In this document: positions 8,975-18,741 of the stretch, in pieces
How positions within the stretch are numbered: the stretch's first letter is position 1
Layout of the letters: each line of letters opens with the position of its first letter
Assembly: GCA_034722835.1 (NCBI GenBank)
Contig: JAYEOJ010000655.1
Span: forward strand, 1 to 24,235
Length of the DNA stretch: 24,235 bases
Direction: 5' to 3'
From: Bacteroidota bacterium
Lineage (GTDB): Bacteria > Bacteroidota > Bacteroidia > Bacteroidales > GCA-2748055
Translations under genes and position numbers: made by a program
The notes under the pieces: generated by a model
What the model was told of the DNA's origin: nothing
Seen by the model: only the letters and a program-made list of their open reading frames with translations
The model's database searches: none

Positions 8975-11900
8975 CTAATATGGATTCGTTGTTATAATTT
9001 CCACGGGGCCCAGCAATCCCGAAGGCAGCGGATCTTTAAAATTAAAGGAGCCCAAGGCGGCCCTCGTGGTAAAGGTGTACCTTCCGGTCTGGTATTTCAG
9101 TCCCCCCATCAGCCCATTGTCAAACTGAACAGTTCTGACATTGGCATCCGGTTTCTGGCTGTCACCCAGCAAACGGTTTATCCAGCGGTTGGCCACCTCG
9201 ATCTCCAACACATTCTCTCCTTCTTTCAGGGCATCTGAAATATCCAGTCGCCAGGGGGCACACCAGACAACACCCAGATCTTCTCCATTCAGTTTCACCC
9301 TGGCAATGTCTTTGACTACCCCAAGGTCAATATAATATGCTCTGTCTTCCAGCCCCGCAATTTGTATCGTCTTTCTGTAGGTTGCAATCCCAGAGTAGTA
9401 TTTAATATCCCGCATTTCATGTAAGGTCCAATCCTCTAATTGGTCAAAGCGGATTTGCTCGGGCCCACCGAATCCTGGATCAAATGAAAGCTCCCAGGCT
9501 CCATCCAGGGTAAGAAGAGAAGCGAAGGTGGGGAAATTAACTCCCCCTTCTTTAAGCCCATTTTCTCTAGCTTTCTGACGGTCGAAAACCACAAAATAGC
9601 TTTCATTGGGAACGAATTCCAGAGGGATGCTTGTTATGCCATCCTCGCTATGGTAGTGTTTGAGTTTTCTTGAACTTCCGTCTACGCCCGACCATAATTC
9701 AGGTTCGCCGAAGGCCCTGAAAGTGCAGACTGTTTTTTGTGCCTGGTCGCTTCGGTTGGCGACGAAATAGATATCTCTGTCCGCGGTTCTGCGATGACCG
9801 AATCGAAGGGTGTTGTTAGCTGACTTAAAATCCTCAGGAATATTCAATCCGGATAAAAGGTCAGCGGTATGCTTATAGCTGGGATAGAGTTCGTCAGGAG
9901 CAGAACGGCTTAACTGCCCACCCCAGTATATGCTGCCTTCCCCGTAGGATCTTTCACTGATTTCATCGGGGGACTGAAGTGAGCCCCATAACTCCCCTGC
10001 AAGGTTTTTCACCTGCATATCGCAATCCGGATAGTCCTCCAGACTCGGGGATTTAAGGGGTGGTGAACCGACGACTTTCGCTCCTTTTTTAACCAGTGAG
10101 GTTATTTTCTCCAGCAATTGCGGGGTCATTGTTTCAAAGCTTGGTAGAACCATCAATTCGTAGGAAGAGGCTCCGGGGAATACGATTTTCCCATTTTCCA
10201 CATGGGCTCTTTCCATCAGCATAAGCGGTGAACAGCCATCGAATCCGTATCCTTTCTTATCCGGAGTGGCTCCGTTTTCCTCCAGTGCATCGGCAGGTGG
10301 GGTGAATATCATGGGCGCCCCTTCGGGTGTGAGATAAAGGATGTCTGCAACCGCCTGCCCCTGTTGCATCATATGAGAACAGCGACTGATATAGCTATGA
10401 TAGGCTCCAACCATGGGCCACCAGGTCTGTCCACGATCCCAGTGCACCCCGTAGGGCCCCATGGTCATTCCCGGGCGGTGCTCCTCACCCAAGGGTTTAT
10501 GAGCAAAGGTATGGTAGGCAAAGCGGTTCACGCCCAGGGCCAGGGCCCAGTCGCTCTGGTCTTTCATGGACCAGGGATACTCCTGCCAGGCCTCGTTATT
10601 ATTGGATGTGAAAACCTCAGCGCCCACTACCGGGTGTCCGCTGATATGAGAAATGGATGTGGCCTGTAATACCGCGTAGGATGTATGAAAGCCAAAGCGT
10701 TTACTCCAGAACTCAGCCATAATCACATCTGCAACGGAACCCAGATCCAGATCGCCGGCCGGATTCATATCATAGGGCTCAATGCTTAGCTCCAGGCCGT
10801 TCTTATGTGCATATGCTAAGGCAAATTCGGCATGGTTCTCCAGAAGTAAGTCCTTGCAGGTCTGACGAAGATCCCATAAAAAGCGCTCGGTGATTTCCAT
10901 ACTTTCGATGGCACGTCCTGTATAGGCCAGAAAATAAGGCTCAGGATCATAGCCACGCCGATCAATAAATTCATCAACAATGTCTTCAGTCCAGTTCTGG
11001 GCTCCACTCTCCCAGCTGTCCATATGAAAGCCGGTCCAACCCACACCATCTTTTCGGGGAGCTGTCTTTTCCAGCAATATATCTGTATAGTTCTTCAGGT
11101 GGTTTTCAAAATCGCCTGCATCCAGCTTATTGGCTTCCAGACCAATGACAGGTTCCGGAGAAGGACGCGTACTGGCTCCGGTGACACGGATTCCCATACG
11201 GATAATCGTCCATTTGCCTTTAGGCGCATCCCAGACCAGTCGTCCTCCGGACTGCAGGTAGGGACTGAGGTCAATGATTTCGCTTTGATCCAGCACCTTA
11301 TTCTCATTTACTTCCACGTAACTGGCAGGAGCCGGCAAATAAGGCTTCACATGGGGTTTGGAAGAATAAGGATCCCGTTCATAAAGTGCCTTTTCATTGA
11401 TGTCTGATATGAGGGGCTTCACAGTGGAAGGAATGGCATAAACAGCCACATCCTCATAATAGGGATCCTTCATCCTGTGCCAGGTGGTACTGCGCTGTTC
11501 AGGAAGGGGGAGTTCCAGGTCCACCCTCCTGCCGCCCGAGATGGTTTTTTCACTGAACACCAGGTGCTTCATGGACTCTTCAGGTGTCACCCAGGGACCA
11601 CCGCTCCCACACCATCCCGGCCCTGCCCCCATGAGTAACTTCATGCCAAGGCGCTCTGTCTCCCTTACCGCATGTACAAAATGGTCCTGCCACTTTTCCG
11701 ACATGAAATCAACAGGGCCCCTGGGAACGCCTATTCCGACCTCCAGGAAAATCACGTGATTGATCCCCACCTCCTTCATGGATTCCAGGTCACGGGTCAT
11801 CTCCTCGATAGATAAATTCCCATCCATGAAATACCAGTAGACTCCCGGCTTTGCCGATTCTGGCGGATTCTTAAATGTCTCCTTTAATACATCATTTGAT

Positions 11901-11995
11901 TGCGCGGTGCATGCCTGCATTGTATATAGTACAATCAATACTACAGCTACCAGACTGAGTATTGCACGATAAGTAATTTTAGGAAATTCAATCAT
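8975..11995 (-). CDS. GH106-family alpha-L-rhamnosidase, exported (copy 2)
   Basis: Motifs KPGVYWYFMDGN, GPGWCGSGGPW, FHMDSWE, AEVFT, GVNRFAYHTFAHKP and C-terminal PSGLLGPVEI. The ORF track starts at 12007; ATG 11995 is chosen. The signal could be SPII (MQA-C) or SPI (ACTA/Q). Confidence 0.87.
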   Translation of the reverse strand: MIEFPKITYRAILSLVAVVLIVLYTMQACTAQSNDVLKETFKNPPESAKPGVYWYFMDGNLSIEEMTRDLESMKEVGINHVIFLEVGIGVPRGPVDFMSEKWQDHFVHAVRETERLGMKLLMGAGPGWCGSGGPWVTPEESMKHLVFSEKTISGGRRVDLELPLPEQRSTTWHRMKDPYYEDVAVYAIPSTVKPLISDINEKALYERDPYSSKPHVKPYLPAPASYVEVNENKVLDQSEIIDLSPYLQSGGRLVWDAPKGKWTIIRMGIRVTGASTRPSPEPVIGLEANKLDAGDFENHLKNYTDILLEKTAPRKDGVGWTGFHMDSWESGAQNWTEDIVDEFIDRRGYDPEPYFLAYTGRAIESMEITERFLWDLRQTCKDLLLENHAEFALAYAHKNGLELSIEPYDMNPAGDLDLGSVADVIMAEFWSKRFGFHTSYAVLQATSISHISGHPVVGAEVFTSNNNEAWQEYPWSMKDQSDWALALGVNRFAYHTFAHKPLGEEHRPGMTMGPYGVHWDRGQTWWPMVGAYHSYISRCSHMMQQGQAVADILYLTPEGAPMIFTPPADALEENGATPDKKGYGFDGCSPLMLMERAHVENGKIVFPGASSYELMVLPSFETMTPQLLEKITSLVKKGAKVVGSPPLKSPSLEDYPDCDMQVKNLAGELWGSLQSPDEISERSYGEGSIYWGGQLSRSAPDELYPSYKHTADLLSGLNIPEDFKSANNTLRFGHRRTADRDIYFVANRSDQAQKTVCTFRAFGEPELWSGVDGSSRKLKHYHSEDGITSIPLEFVPNESYFVVFDRQKARENGLKEGGVNFPTFASLLTLDGAWELSFDPGFGGPEQIRFDQLEDWTLHEMRDIKYYSGIATYRKTIQIAGLEDRAYYIDLGVVKDIARVKLNGEDLGVVWCAPWRLDISDALKEGENVLEIEVANRWINRLLGDSQKPDANVRTVQFDNGLMGGLKYQTGRYTFTTRAALGSFNFKDPLPSGLLGPVEIITTNPY

Positions 11996-14936
11996 GAAAT
12001 TGTGCAATTTGTAGTTCCACAGGTCCCATCAATCCGGATGGCTCCAGGGGAATCTCATCCATGGGCCTTCCCCTGAAATCGTGTTTTAAATCAATATTGG
12101 TAGAGGTATATGGCTTTTTGTCCGGGAACGATTGGTCGCCGGCCACCCGGTTGAACCACGAATTCACCACCATAATCTCCAGGGTATTCTCTCCCTGTTG
12201 TAGTTCACCGCTGATTTCGATCCGGAAGGGTGAGGTCCATAGGACCCCTTTGTCTGTTCCATTTATCCTTACCTCTGCAATGCCCACATCTTTTACACTG
12301 CCCAGTTGCAGGAAGTAGCTGTTTTCTTCCTGTAGTTCGGATTCCAGGGTAAAACTCTTCTTGTAAACCGCCGCTCCAGAGTAGTACTTGATCCCTTCAT
12401 CTGAATGTTGGGTCCAATTCATGAGTTCAGGAAAAAGTACAGAATCGGGTCCTCCCCACCCGGGATCGAAGAGGACTGTCCATTCCCCGGATAATTCTGT
12501 GAGGGTTTCAAAATCGCTATAGTTCCGCTGAGCGCTGCCTTGTTTATCACTGGCAATCTTCCCGTTGAATACCACCATGATTGCCCCATAGGGTTCCAGA
12601 GTCAGGGGAAGACCTGTGAGTCCATCCTTCTGGGTAAAAGCCATGGCCTCGCGAATATCACCTGTCAGCGGATCCCATAATTCGGCCTGTTTCCCCAAAA
12701 CACGGAAGCGGGCAATAATCTTTTGTCGCTGGGTGGTCTGGTTGGTGACAAAATAGATATCCCTTTCACCCATTGTGTAATGAATATAATCGTAGTCGGT
12801 CTTGCTGTCGTTTTCCAGAACATCAAAATCAGCCACTACTTCTTTGGAAATCAAATAGTCTCTTGCTGACAGGCCCCATACGACCTTTCCCCTGCCATAA
12901 CTTCGCTCACCCGTTTCATTGTTGGCTTCCCCCCAGATCATATCGGATAATCTACAAAAGCTGTTTTGCGCCTCCTTGCCTCCCACCAGGCTGATCTGTT
13001 TTTCCGGTTTATGGCCCAGAACAGTGGTGCCGTCCTCCACCAGCTCTTCAAGCTTTTCAAGCACAGCCAGCGACAGGACCCTGTGGTCGGGCAAAACCAG
13101 GACCCGGTATTCCACGCCACCGGGAACCACTAGCTTTCCATCCTCCACCCTCAGCTGCAGGAAGATGGTCTCATCGCATACATCATAATCAAAGCCGGGC
13201 ATGACCCCCGCAGGATCGGAGTGTTTAAACGGAAATACATTGGGAACGTGATCGCCGTAATAGTAGAGCACATCGGCCACGAATTTGCCTTCCTGGACCA
13301 CCGACTGGATCCGGTGCATGTAGTCGATAAATGCACCTGACTGCTCCCACCAGGTAACCTGGATATTTACATGGGTGCCTGCAAAGTACTCCTGTCCGGG
13401 CAGACCCATTTCGGGAGGTGAGCAGGTGAAGGTATGAAAATACATACGGTTCAGCCCGGCGCAGATCTCATGGTCGAAAGCCGACTTCTGGTCGTGCCAT
13501 AACTCATCGTTCCAGTGGGGTCCGATGGTGGTAAAGGACTCTGCTCCCACAATCTTTTTGCCGTAAATATGTGCCGCTGAAGATGCCTGTTTCAGGAAGA
13601 AGCGGTTATGGGGTGCCGGACGGTGCGGGGAGGGTGACCAGAATTCACTCATCACAATGTCGCTGAATCCGTAGTTCTTGATCCCATCCATTGGTCCTGC
13701 GTGCGGTCCGGCCGATTCGGGCTGGATCCCCATGTCGTACTGATGTGCATATTCCTGAAAACGGGCATAGTGATTATAGGCCACCAGGTCGGCAAGTGTT
13801 TTTCTGAAGTCTGCCAGAAATGCATTGGAGCTTTCCAAATCATCTACCACAAAGCCTGCCACAACGGGAAGATAAGATATCAGATCGTATCCTCGATAGT
13901 CCATGAATTCTTCTGCGAATTTATCGGTCCAGTTCATGCCCCCGCATTCCCAGCTATCGGTTTCCATGTATTTCAAGGTGGTCCCCACGTGGTCGCCGGC
14001 CGCTTCGAAAATGGGTTCCACCACATCCTTCCAGTAAAAATCAAAGGCTTCCATACTCATGTAATCCAGCACATTTCCCTGCCAATCATTGCTGGAAGTG
14101 GATACATGCGAAGGCGTGCAGGTATACCCGATACGCAGGACCACCCACTCCCCGGCAGGGGCTTCCCAGTCCAGCTTTCCTGCTGCATCCATCATCGCTG
14201 ACAGATTGATAATCTCCTTCTGATCCACCCTGTAGGCTAGTTCCTCCATGATTTTTGTGTCGGGCCTGTTTCCAAGTAAGAAACGGCAGTCTGGAGCCGA
14301 TCCCCCCAGCTCATGAAAACCCAGCTTAAGGTCCAGATCTGAAATGCCCTCCGGGATTTTATTGGATGCCTTTATGGGGAAGGCCAGCACGGCAATATCC
14401 TGGTAGAAATCCAGCCGGCTTACCGGCTGATCCAGTTGCACGGACAGGCTATGGTCGCCCGAGACCCTGATCTGGTAATAGGTGAGCTGTTTTGCCGCAT
14501 ACTGTGGTGTTACCCTGGGGCCTCCCAGGTTCCATCCACTCTGGATGTTAAATCCCATTTCCAGATCTAGCCGCTTGGCCTCATCCAGGGCAAAAACAAA
14601 CAAGTCGTTCCAGGGCTCCGAACCGAACAGGGGCCCGTCGGGAATATCCCTGTTGCCCCGCTGATTATGCCCGCCGGCATCAAAGATCATAGCCCCATGG
14701 AAATTGCGGGATTTCATGGCCTCCAGATCTTTGGTAATGGCTGCTTTGTTCACATTGCCGTTTAACCACCACCACCAGCAATTCACCCCAGATGCGACTT
14801 CTGGGTTCTTAAAGTTGTTTTTTACCTGAATAAATAAGTCATCATTATTCTCATTTGTTGGCTTTTGGCTGTTGCATCCCAATAATACCAGACTGAGGCC
14901 AATTAATGCCGCATATTTAAAAATCGTTTTTCCCAT
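11988..14936 (-). CDS. GH106-family alpha-L-rhamnosidase, lipoprotein (copy 3)
   Basis: 982 aa. Lipobox VLLG-C21. Motifs WWWWLNGN, SGWNLGGP, ETDSWE, AESFT, GLNRMYFHTFTCSP and C-terminal PSGLMGPVEL. Confidence 0.87.
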   Translation of the reverse strand: MGKTIFKYAALIGLSLVLLGCNSQKPTNENNDDLFIQVKNNFKNPEVASGVNCWWWWLNGNVNKAAITKDLEAMKSRNFHGAMIFDAGGHNQRGNRDIPDGPLFGSEPWNDLFVFALDEAKRLDLEMGFNIQSGWNLGGPRVTPQYAAKQLTYYQIRVSGDHSLSVQLDQPVSRLDFYQDIAVLAFPIKASNKIPEGISDLDLKLGFHELGGSAPDCRFLLGNRPDTKIMEELAYRVDQKEIINLSAMMDAAGKLDWEAPAGEWVVLRIGYTCTPSHVSTSSNDWQGNVLDYMSMEAFDFYWKDVVEPIFEAAGDHVGTTLKYMETDSWECGGMNWTDKFAEEFMDYRGYDLISYLPVVAGFVVDDLESSNAFLADFRKTLADLVAYNHYARFQEYAHQYDMGIQPESAGPHAGPMDGIKNYGFSDIVMSEFWSPSPHRPAPHNRFFLKQASSAAHIYGKKIVGAESFTTIGPHWNDELWHDQKSAFDHEICAGLNRMYFHTFTCSPPEMGLPGQEYFAGTHVNIQVTWWEQSGAFIDYMHRIQSVVQEGKFVADVLYYYGDHVPNVFPFKHSDPAGVMPGFDYDVCDETIFLQLRVEDGKLVVPGGVEYRVLVLPDHRVLSLAVLEKLEELVEDGTTVLGHKPEKQISLVGGKEAQNSFCRLSDMIWGEANNETGERSYGRGKVVWGLSARDYLISKEVVADFDVLENDSKTDYDYIHYTMGERDIYFVTNQTTQRQKIIARFRVLGKQAELWDPLTGDIREAMAFTQKDGLTGLPLTLEPYGAIMVVFNGKIASDKQGSAQRNYSDFETLTELSGEWTVLFDPGWGGPDSVLFPELMNWTQHSDEGIKYYSGAAVYKKSFTLESELQEENSYFLQLGSVKDVGIAEVRINGTDKGVLWTSPFRIEISGELQQGENTLEIMVVNSWFNRVAGDQSFPDKKPYTSTNIDLKHDFRGRPMDEIPLEPSGLMGPVELQIAQFHD

Positions 14937-14962
14937 TTGCCATTTCAGAATTGATTACTATA

Positions 14963-16066
14963 TCATTCGATCTTACCATGTTTGTAACAGAGATCGATGA
15001 ATTTCAAGACCCGTTCAGGACTTACATCATTCTGTAGGATATGTGCAGGTGAGATCATGTATCCACCCCCTGCCCCAAGTATTTTGATTTTCTCCATGAT
15101 ATCCTTCTCAAGCTCCTCATCGCTTCCGTTGGGAAGCAGGTCCTGCTGATCAATGGCCCCCCAGAATGAGAATAGATCCCCAAAACCATCCTTCATGTCC
15201 CTTGGAAGGTGTCCTGGGACATCGGGCTGTACCGGATTAAAAACTTCGAATCCCATTTCGTGAATATCTTTTAACAGCTCACTTACAGCCCCGTCGCAGT
15301 GCAGGATGGGTATAATGTCGGGCTTCTTTTCTTTGAAGCACCGGATCATTTCTGTGTAAAAGGGTTTGAGTTGTTTCCGGAAGGTGTCCTGGTCCATGAT
15401 CAGGCTTTGCTGGGTGCCAAAATCATCACCGAACCAGATGGCATCCACCCCTTTGTCAATCAGACGCAGGCCTATCTCGGTCTGAAACTCTGCGCATGCC
15501 TGAAACAGGGGGATCACATACTCGGTCTCCATCATCATATCCACAAGCAATTTCTCCATCCCGGCCAGCTGGTGACCCAGCGAAAATACGGTGACCTCAA
15601 TATCGCCGAATACCAGGTACTCATCATGGTACTTTTTAACCAGAGCCTCCGCATCCCGGTAGCGACCGGGTGCATCCGGATCGGGAAAGGTGAAATTATC
15701 AATATCTGACTTGGATTGTGCATGTGCCAGCGGATAATCCACCACCTCCACGTAGATATCTCCCTGGCGCATAAGCATTTGATATTCATTAAGCCAGTGC
15801 CCATTCTCATCAGGCTCGATCCCATAATCATCCGATACAGAGGCCCCGGTCACCACCACATCGCTGCCCATAGCAGTGCGTAATTCATTGGCACTGATCC
15901 GGTAGGTAACATCTTCATAGAGGTTTTCTGTGTAGTGGGCAGGAATATCCAGCTCCTTACTGAAGTGATCCGTTAATTGCCGGCACATTTCGAATTGCAA
16001 AGGAACCCGATCGGCTTTGCCGGGGAGTCTCCCAAAGGTTTTCAGTACACGTTCTCTTGCATTCAT
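14963..16066 (-). CDS. URO-D/MtaA-CmuA superfamily protein, cytoplasmic, putative methyltransferase-like (copy 1); not HemE
   Basis: Start taken at MNARERV (ATG 16066). Motifs DRVP, FGDDFGTQ, LHCDG, FNPVQP, FWGAIDQQDLLP and GGYMISPAHILQ are typical of URO-D-like proteins. The HemE RQAGR motif is absent and there is no signal peptide. Confidence 0.8.
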   Translation of the reverse strand: MNARERVLKTFGRLPGKADRVPLQFEMCRQLTDHFSKELDIPAHYTENLYEDVTYRISANELRTAMGSDVVVTGASVSDDYGIEPDENGHWLNEYQMLMRQGDIYVEVVDYPLAHAQSKSDIDNFTFPDPDAPGRYRDAEALVKKYHDEYLVFGDIEVTVFSLGHQLAGMEKLLVDMMMETEYVIPLFQACAEFQTEIGLRLIDKGVDAIWFGDDFGTQQSLIMDQDTFRKQLKPFYTEMIRCFKEKKPDIIPILHCDGAVSELLKDIHEMGFEVFNPVQPDVPGHLPRDMKDGFGDLFSFWGAIDQQDLLPNGSDEELEKDIMEKIKILGAGGGYMISPAHILQNDVSPERVLKFIDLCYKHGKIE

Positions 16067-16111
16067 GTTTTCCGGGTTTATTTTGTGCCTCCATCCCCTC
16101 AAGCGAAATAA

Positions 16112-16987
16112 TCAGGAGCCAACACTCTTCCTGATTTCCGATGGTGAGAGTCCCAGTTTATTTTTGAAGACCCTGCTGAAATAGTAGATGGACTGGAAGC
16201 CTAATTCGTAGCTGATCTCTTTAACACTTTTGTCGGTATAAAGAAGCATCTCCTTTGCTCTCAATACCTTCAGGTCCAGATGGTACTGCACAGGAGGAAC
16301 CCCTGTGTACTTTTTAAACATTTTCCTGAAATAAGAGTATCCAATGTTGTTCTTTTCAGCGAATTCCTGAAAATTGATTTCCGATTCAACATTTTCCCGG
16401 ATGGAGAAACAGGCATTCTGAATGATCTTTTCGACGCGCTTTCCACTAAAATCCTTCTGTTTATCATATGAAACGATAAACCCGAGCATTTTCATGATCA
16501 TCCCGGAAGCCACCTGCTGATAGCCAGGTTTCTCCTCCATCACATAAGAGAAGATCTTATAATAGGAATCTATAATCTCCTCGTTATACCCAATTTCGAT
16601 CACCGCATTCTTGGAGGTAAACCAGGGGCGGCCGAATATCTGGTGGGCAATATGTCCTGAAAATCCCACATAGTTCTCCACCCACCCTGTATCATTCAAT
16701 GGTTTATAACGGTGCCAACGACCCGGTTTTGTGAATATAAGTGAACCGGGCTTCACTTTGAATTTTCCGCTGTGACTCTCGTAAACTCCCTCACCGCCGG
16801 TAATGTAATTAATCTGGTATTCATTCAAAATGCGGCCCTGATCAAAATTGAAATAGTATCCGGAGGGATGCGAATTGGGAGGATAGAACACACCGGGTTC
16901 TATCTCCGTCTTTCCGGCACAATTCAGGAACAGGCCCCAATCCTTATCCTCCTGGGAAGGATTTAAATATTTAAAAAAATCTTCCAA
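16112..16987 (-). CDS. AraC-family transcriptional regulator, probable rhamnose-responsive (RhaR-like role)
   Basis: C-terminal double HTH (YFRKMFKKYTGVPPVQY ... SVKEISYELGFQSIYYFSRVFK) and N-terminal cupin-like region. The start is placed at TTG 16987 (MEDFFKYL...) because the longer ORF overlaps rhaM and the divergent promoter. Confidence 0.85.
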   Translation of the reverse strand: MEDFFKYLNPSQEDKDWGLFLNCAGKTEIEPGVFYPPNSHPSGYYFNFDQGRILNEYQINYITGGEGVYESHSGKFKVKPGSLIFTKPGRWHRYKPLNDTGWVENYVGFSGHIAHQIFGRPWFTSKNAVIEIGYNEEIIDSYYKIFSYVMEEKPGYQQVASGMIMKMLGFIVSYDKQKDFSGKRVEKIIQNACFSIRENVESEINFQEFAEKNNIGYSYFRKMFKKYTGVPPVQYHLDLKVLRAKEMLLYTDKSVKEISYELGFQSIYYFSRVFKNKLGLSPSEIRKSVGS

Positions 16988-17040
16988 GTTCAGCAAATTA
17001 GAAAAAGATCTGGAGAAAGAGATTATACCATGCTCATTTT

Positions 17041-17097
17041 GTGCAAACAATTGACCAAAATGTCTATTGATGAAGGCTTGAATACCCCGTAATTTTG
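17041..17097 (+). promoter_or_regulatory. Putative activator site plus Bacteroidota -33/-7 promoter of rhaM-rhaA (copy 2 of the shared element)
   Basis: GTGCAAACAAT at 17041-17051, ATTG at 17066-17069, a 20-nt spacer and a perfect TAnnTTTG (TAATTTTG) at 17090-17097. It ends 17 nt before the rhaM ATG. Confidence 0.75.
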
Positions 17098-17114
17098 AAT
17101 TTAAAGTATCGGTC

Positions 17115-17428
17115 ATGCACAAAAGACTTGCATTTAAGATGAAGCTCAAACCTGGAAAGATCTCAGAGTATAAAAAACGCCATGATGAGCTATGGCCGGA
17201 CCTTCATAAACTTTTGAAGGATGCCGGCCTTTCGGAATACAGTATTTTCATGAAGAAACCAGTATACTGTTTGCCTTTCAAAAGCAGGCAGGCGACCAGG
17301 GTTCTCAGGACCTGGGGAAAACTGAGATCGTTCAGCAATGGTGGAAATACATGGCCGACATTATGGAAACCAATCCTGACAACTCTCCGGTTTCCATTCC
17401 CCTTGAAGAGGTATTTTTCATGGAATAG
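17115..17428 (+). pseudogene. rhaM: L-rhamnose mutarotase, frameshifted at about 17247-17251 (pseudogene or sequencing error)
   Basis: Frame 1 gives MHKRLAFKMKLKPG...YKKRHDELWP...EYSIF. The RhaM C-terminal half (EETSILFAFQ...SQDLG..EIVQQWWKYMADIMETNPDNSPVSIPLEEVFFME) is in the -1 frame from 17252 to TAG at 17426-17428. Confidence 0.9.
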
Positions 17429-17451
17429 TTGAATCCAATATAAATAGAAAT

Positions 17452-18723
17452 ATGAGCCAATCAGAAACCATTAAAAAAGCATTTGAAGCAGCCAGAGATC
17501 AATATGCCCAAATAGGGGTGGATGTGGAGAGTGCCATGAAGCAATTGGATGCATTCCCCATTTCCCTGCATTGCTGGCAGGCGGATGATGTGGGAGGATT
17601 TGAAACTCCCGATTCATCTCTTTCCGGTGGAGGGATTCAAGCAACGGGGAACTATCCCGGGAAAGCTACAAATATCCCTGAGCACCGCATGGACCTGGAA
17701 AAAGTCATGAGCCTGATTCCCGGAAAACAGCGCCTGAATCTCCATGCCATTTACGGAGATTTCCAGGGGGAAAAGGTGGATCGCAACGAGATCGAGCTAA
17801 AGCATTTTCAGAGCTGGATTGACTGGGCCAGGGACCAGGAAATCGGCATGGACTTCAATTGCAGTGTATTCTCACATCCCTTAGCCAGTGACGACCTGAC
17901 CCTGTCACATAAGAATAAAGAGATCCGTGATTTCTGGATCGAACACACCAAAAGGAGCCGTGCCATTGGTGCAGAAATGGGAAAGCAACTGGGAAGTCCG
18001 GCCATTCACAACATCTGGATCCAGGATGGATCAAAGGATCTGCCAGTGGATCGCTATACGCACCGTGCCATCCTCAAGGACTCCCTGGATGCGATCTTTG
18101 CGCAGAAATACAATAGTGAACACCTGAAGGATGCCGTTGAAAGCAAGCTTTTTGGAATCGGACTGGAAGCCATGACCGTGGGCAATTCGGAGTTTTACCT
18201 GGGCTATGCGGTGGCCAACCAGACCCTGATCTGCCTGGACAGCGGCCACTTCCACCCTACCGAGCAGGTGGGAGATAAAATCTCTTCTGCCCTACTGTTT
18301 GTGCCTGAGATCCTCCTGCACGTAACAAGGCCCATCCGCTGGGACTCGGACCATGTGGTAACCCTGAATGACGACACCATGCTGATTGCCCAGGAGATTG
18401 TAAGGTGCAATGCCCTGGACAGGGTGCATATGGGACTCGACTTTTTCGATGCAAGCATCAACCGGATCGGTGCCTATGTGGTGGGTACCCGTGCCGCTCA
18501 GCAGGCCATGCTTTTTGCACTTCTGGAGCCTCGGGAATTGCTCCTCGACTATGAAGAGGGAGGACAGTTCTTCGAGCGGCTGGCCATGTTGGAATTGCTC
18601 AAAACCAAACCCTTTGGAGCTGTCTGGGATTATTACTGTCTAAAGAATGAGGTTCCTGTTGCACAAGATTTTATTACTGACATTCAGCAATATGAGAAAG
18701 ATGTGCTGAGCAAACGATTATAA
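17452..18723 (+). CDS. rhaA: L-rhamnose isomerase
   Basis: 423 aa. Motifs ISLHCWQADDVGGFE, GGIQATGNYPGKA, RLNLHAIY, DAVESKLFGIGLE, LDSGHFHPTE, LHVTRPIRWDSDHVV and GLDFFDASINR are diagnostic of RhaA. Confidence 0.97.
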   Translation: MSQSETIKKAFEAARDQYAQIGVDVESAMKQLDAFPISLHCWQADDVGGFETPDSSLSGGGIQATGNYPGKATNIPEHRMDLEKVMSLIPGKQRLNLHAIYGDFQGEKVDRNEIELKHFQSWIDWARDQEIGMDFNCSVFSHPLASDDLTLSHKNKEIRDFWIEHTKRSRAIGAEMGKQLGSPAIHNIWIQDGSKDLPVDRYTHRAILKDSLDAIFAQKYNSEHLKDAVESKLFGIGLEAMTVGNSEFYLGYAVANQTLICLDSGHFHPTEQVGDKISSALLFVPEILLHVTRPIRWDSDHVVTLNDDTMLIAQEIVRCNALDRVHMGLDFFDASINRIGAYVVGTRAAQQAMLFALLEPRELLLDYEEGGQFFERLAMLELLKTKPFGAVWDYYCLKNEVPVAQDFITDIQQYEKDVLSKRL

Positions 18724-18741
18724 GTTGTAGTTTTTAAAGAG

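Noticed and set aside
16988-17149. 54-aa N-terminal extension of the AraC ORF in the ORF track
   Set aside because: It overlaps the rhaM start and the divergent promoter and does not look like AraC sequence; TTG 16987 gives a normal length of about 291 aa.
17252-17432. C-terminal half of the ORF-track rhaM product (KKPVYCLPF...FSWNS)
   Set aside because: Wrong frame; the RhaM-like sequence is in the -1 frame.
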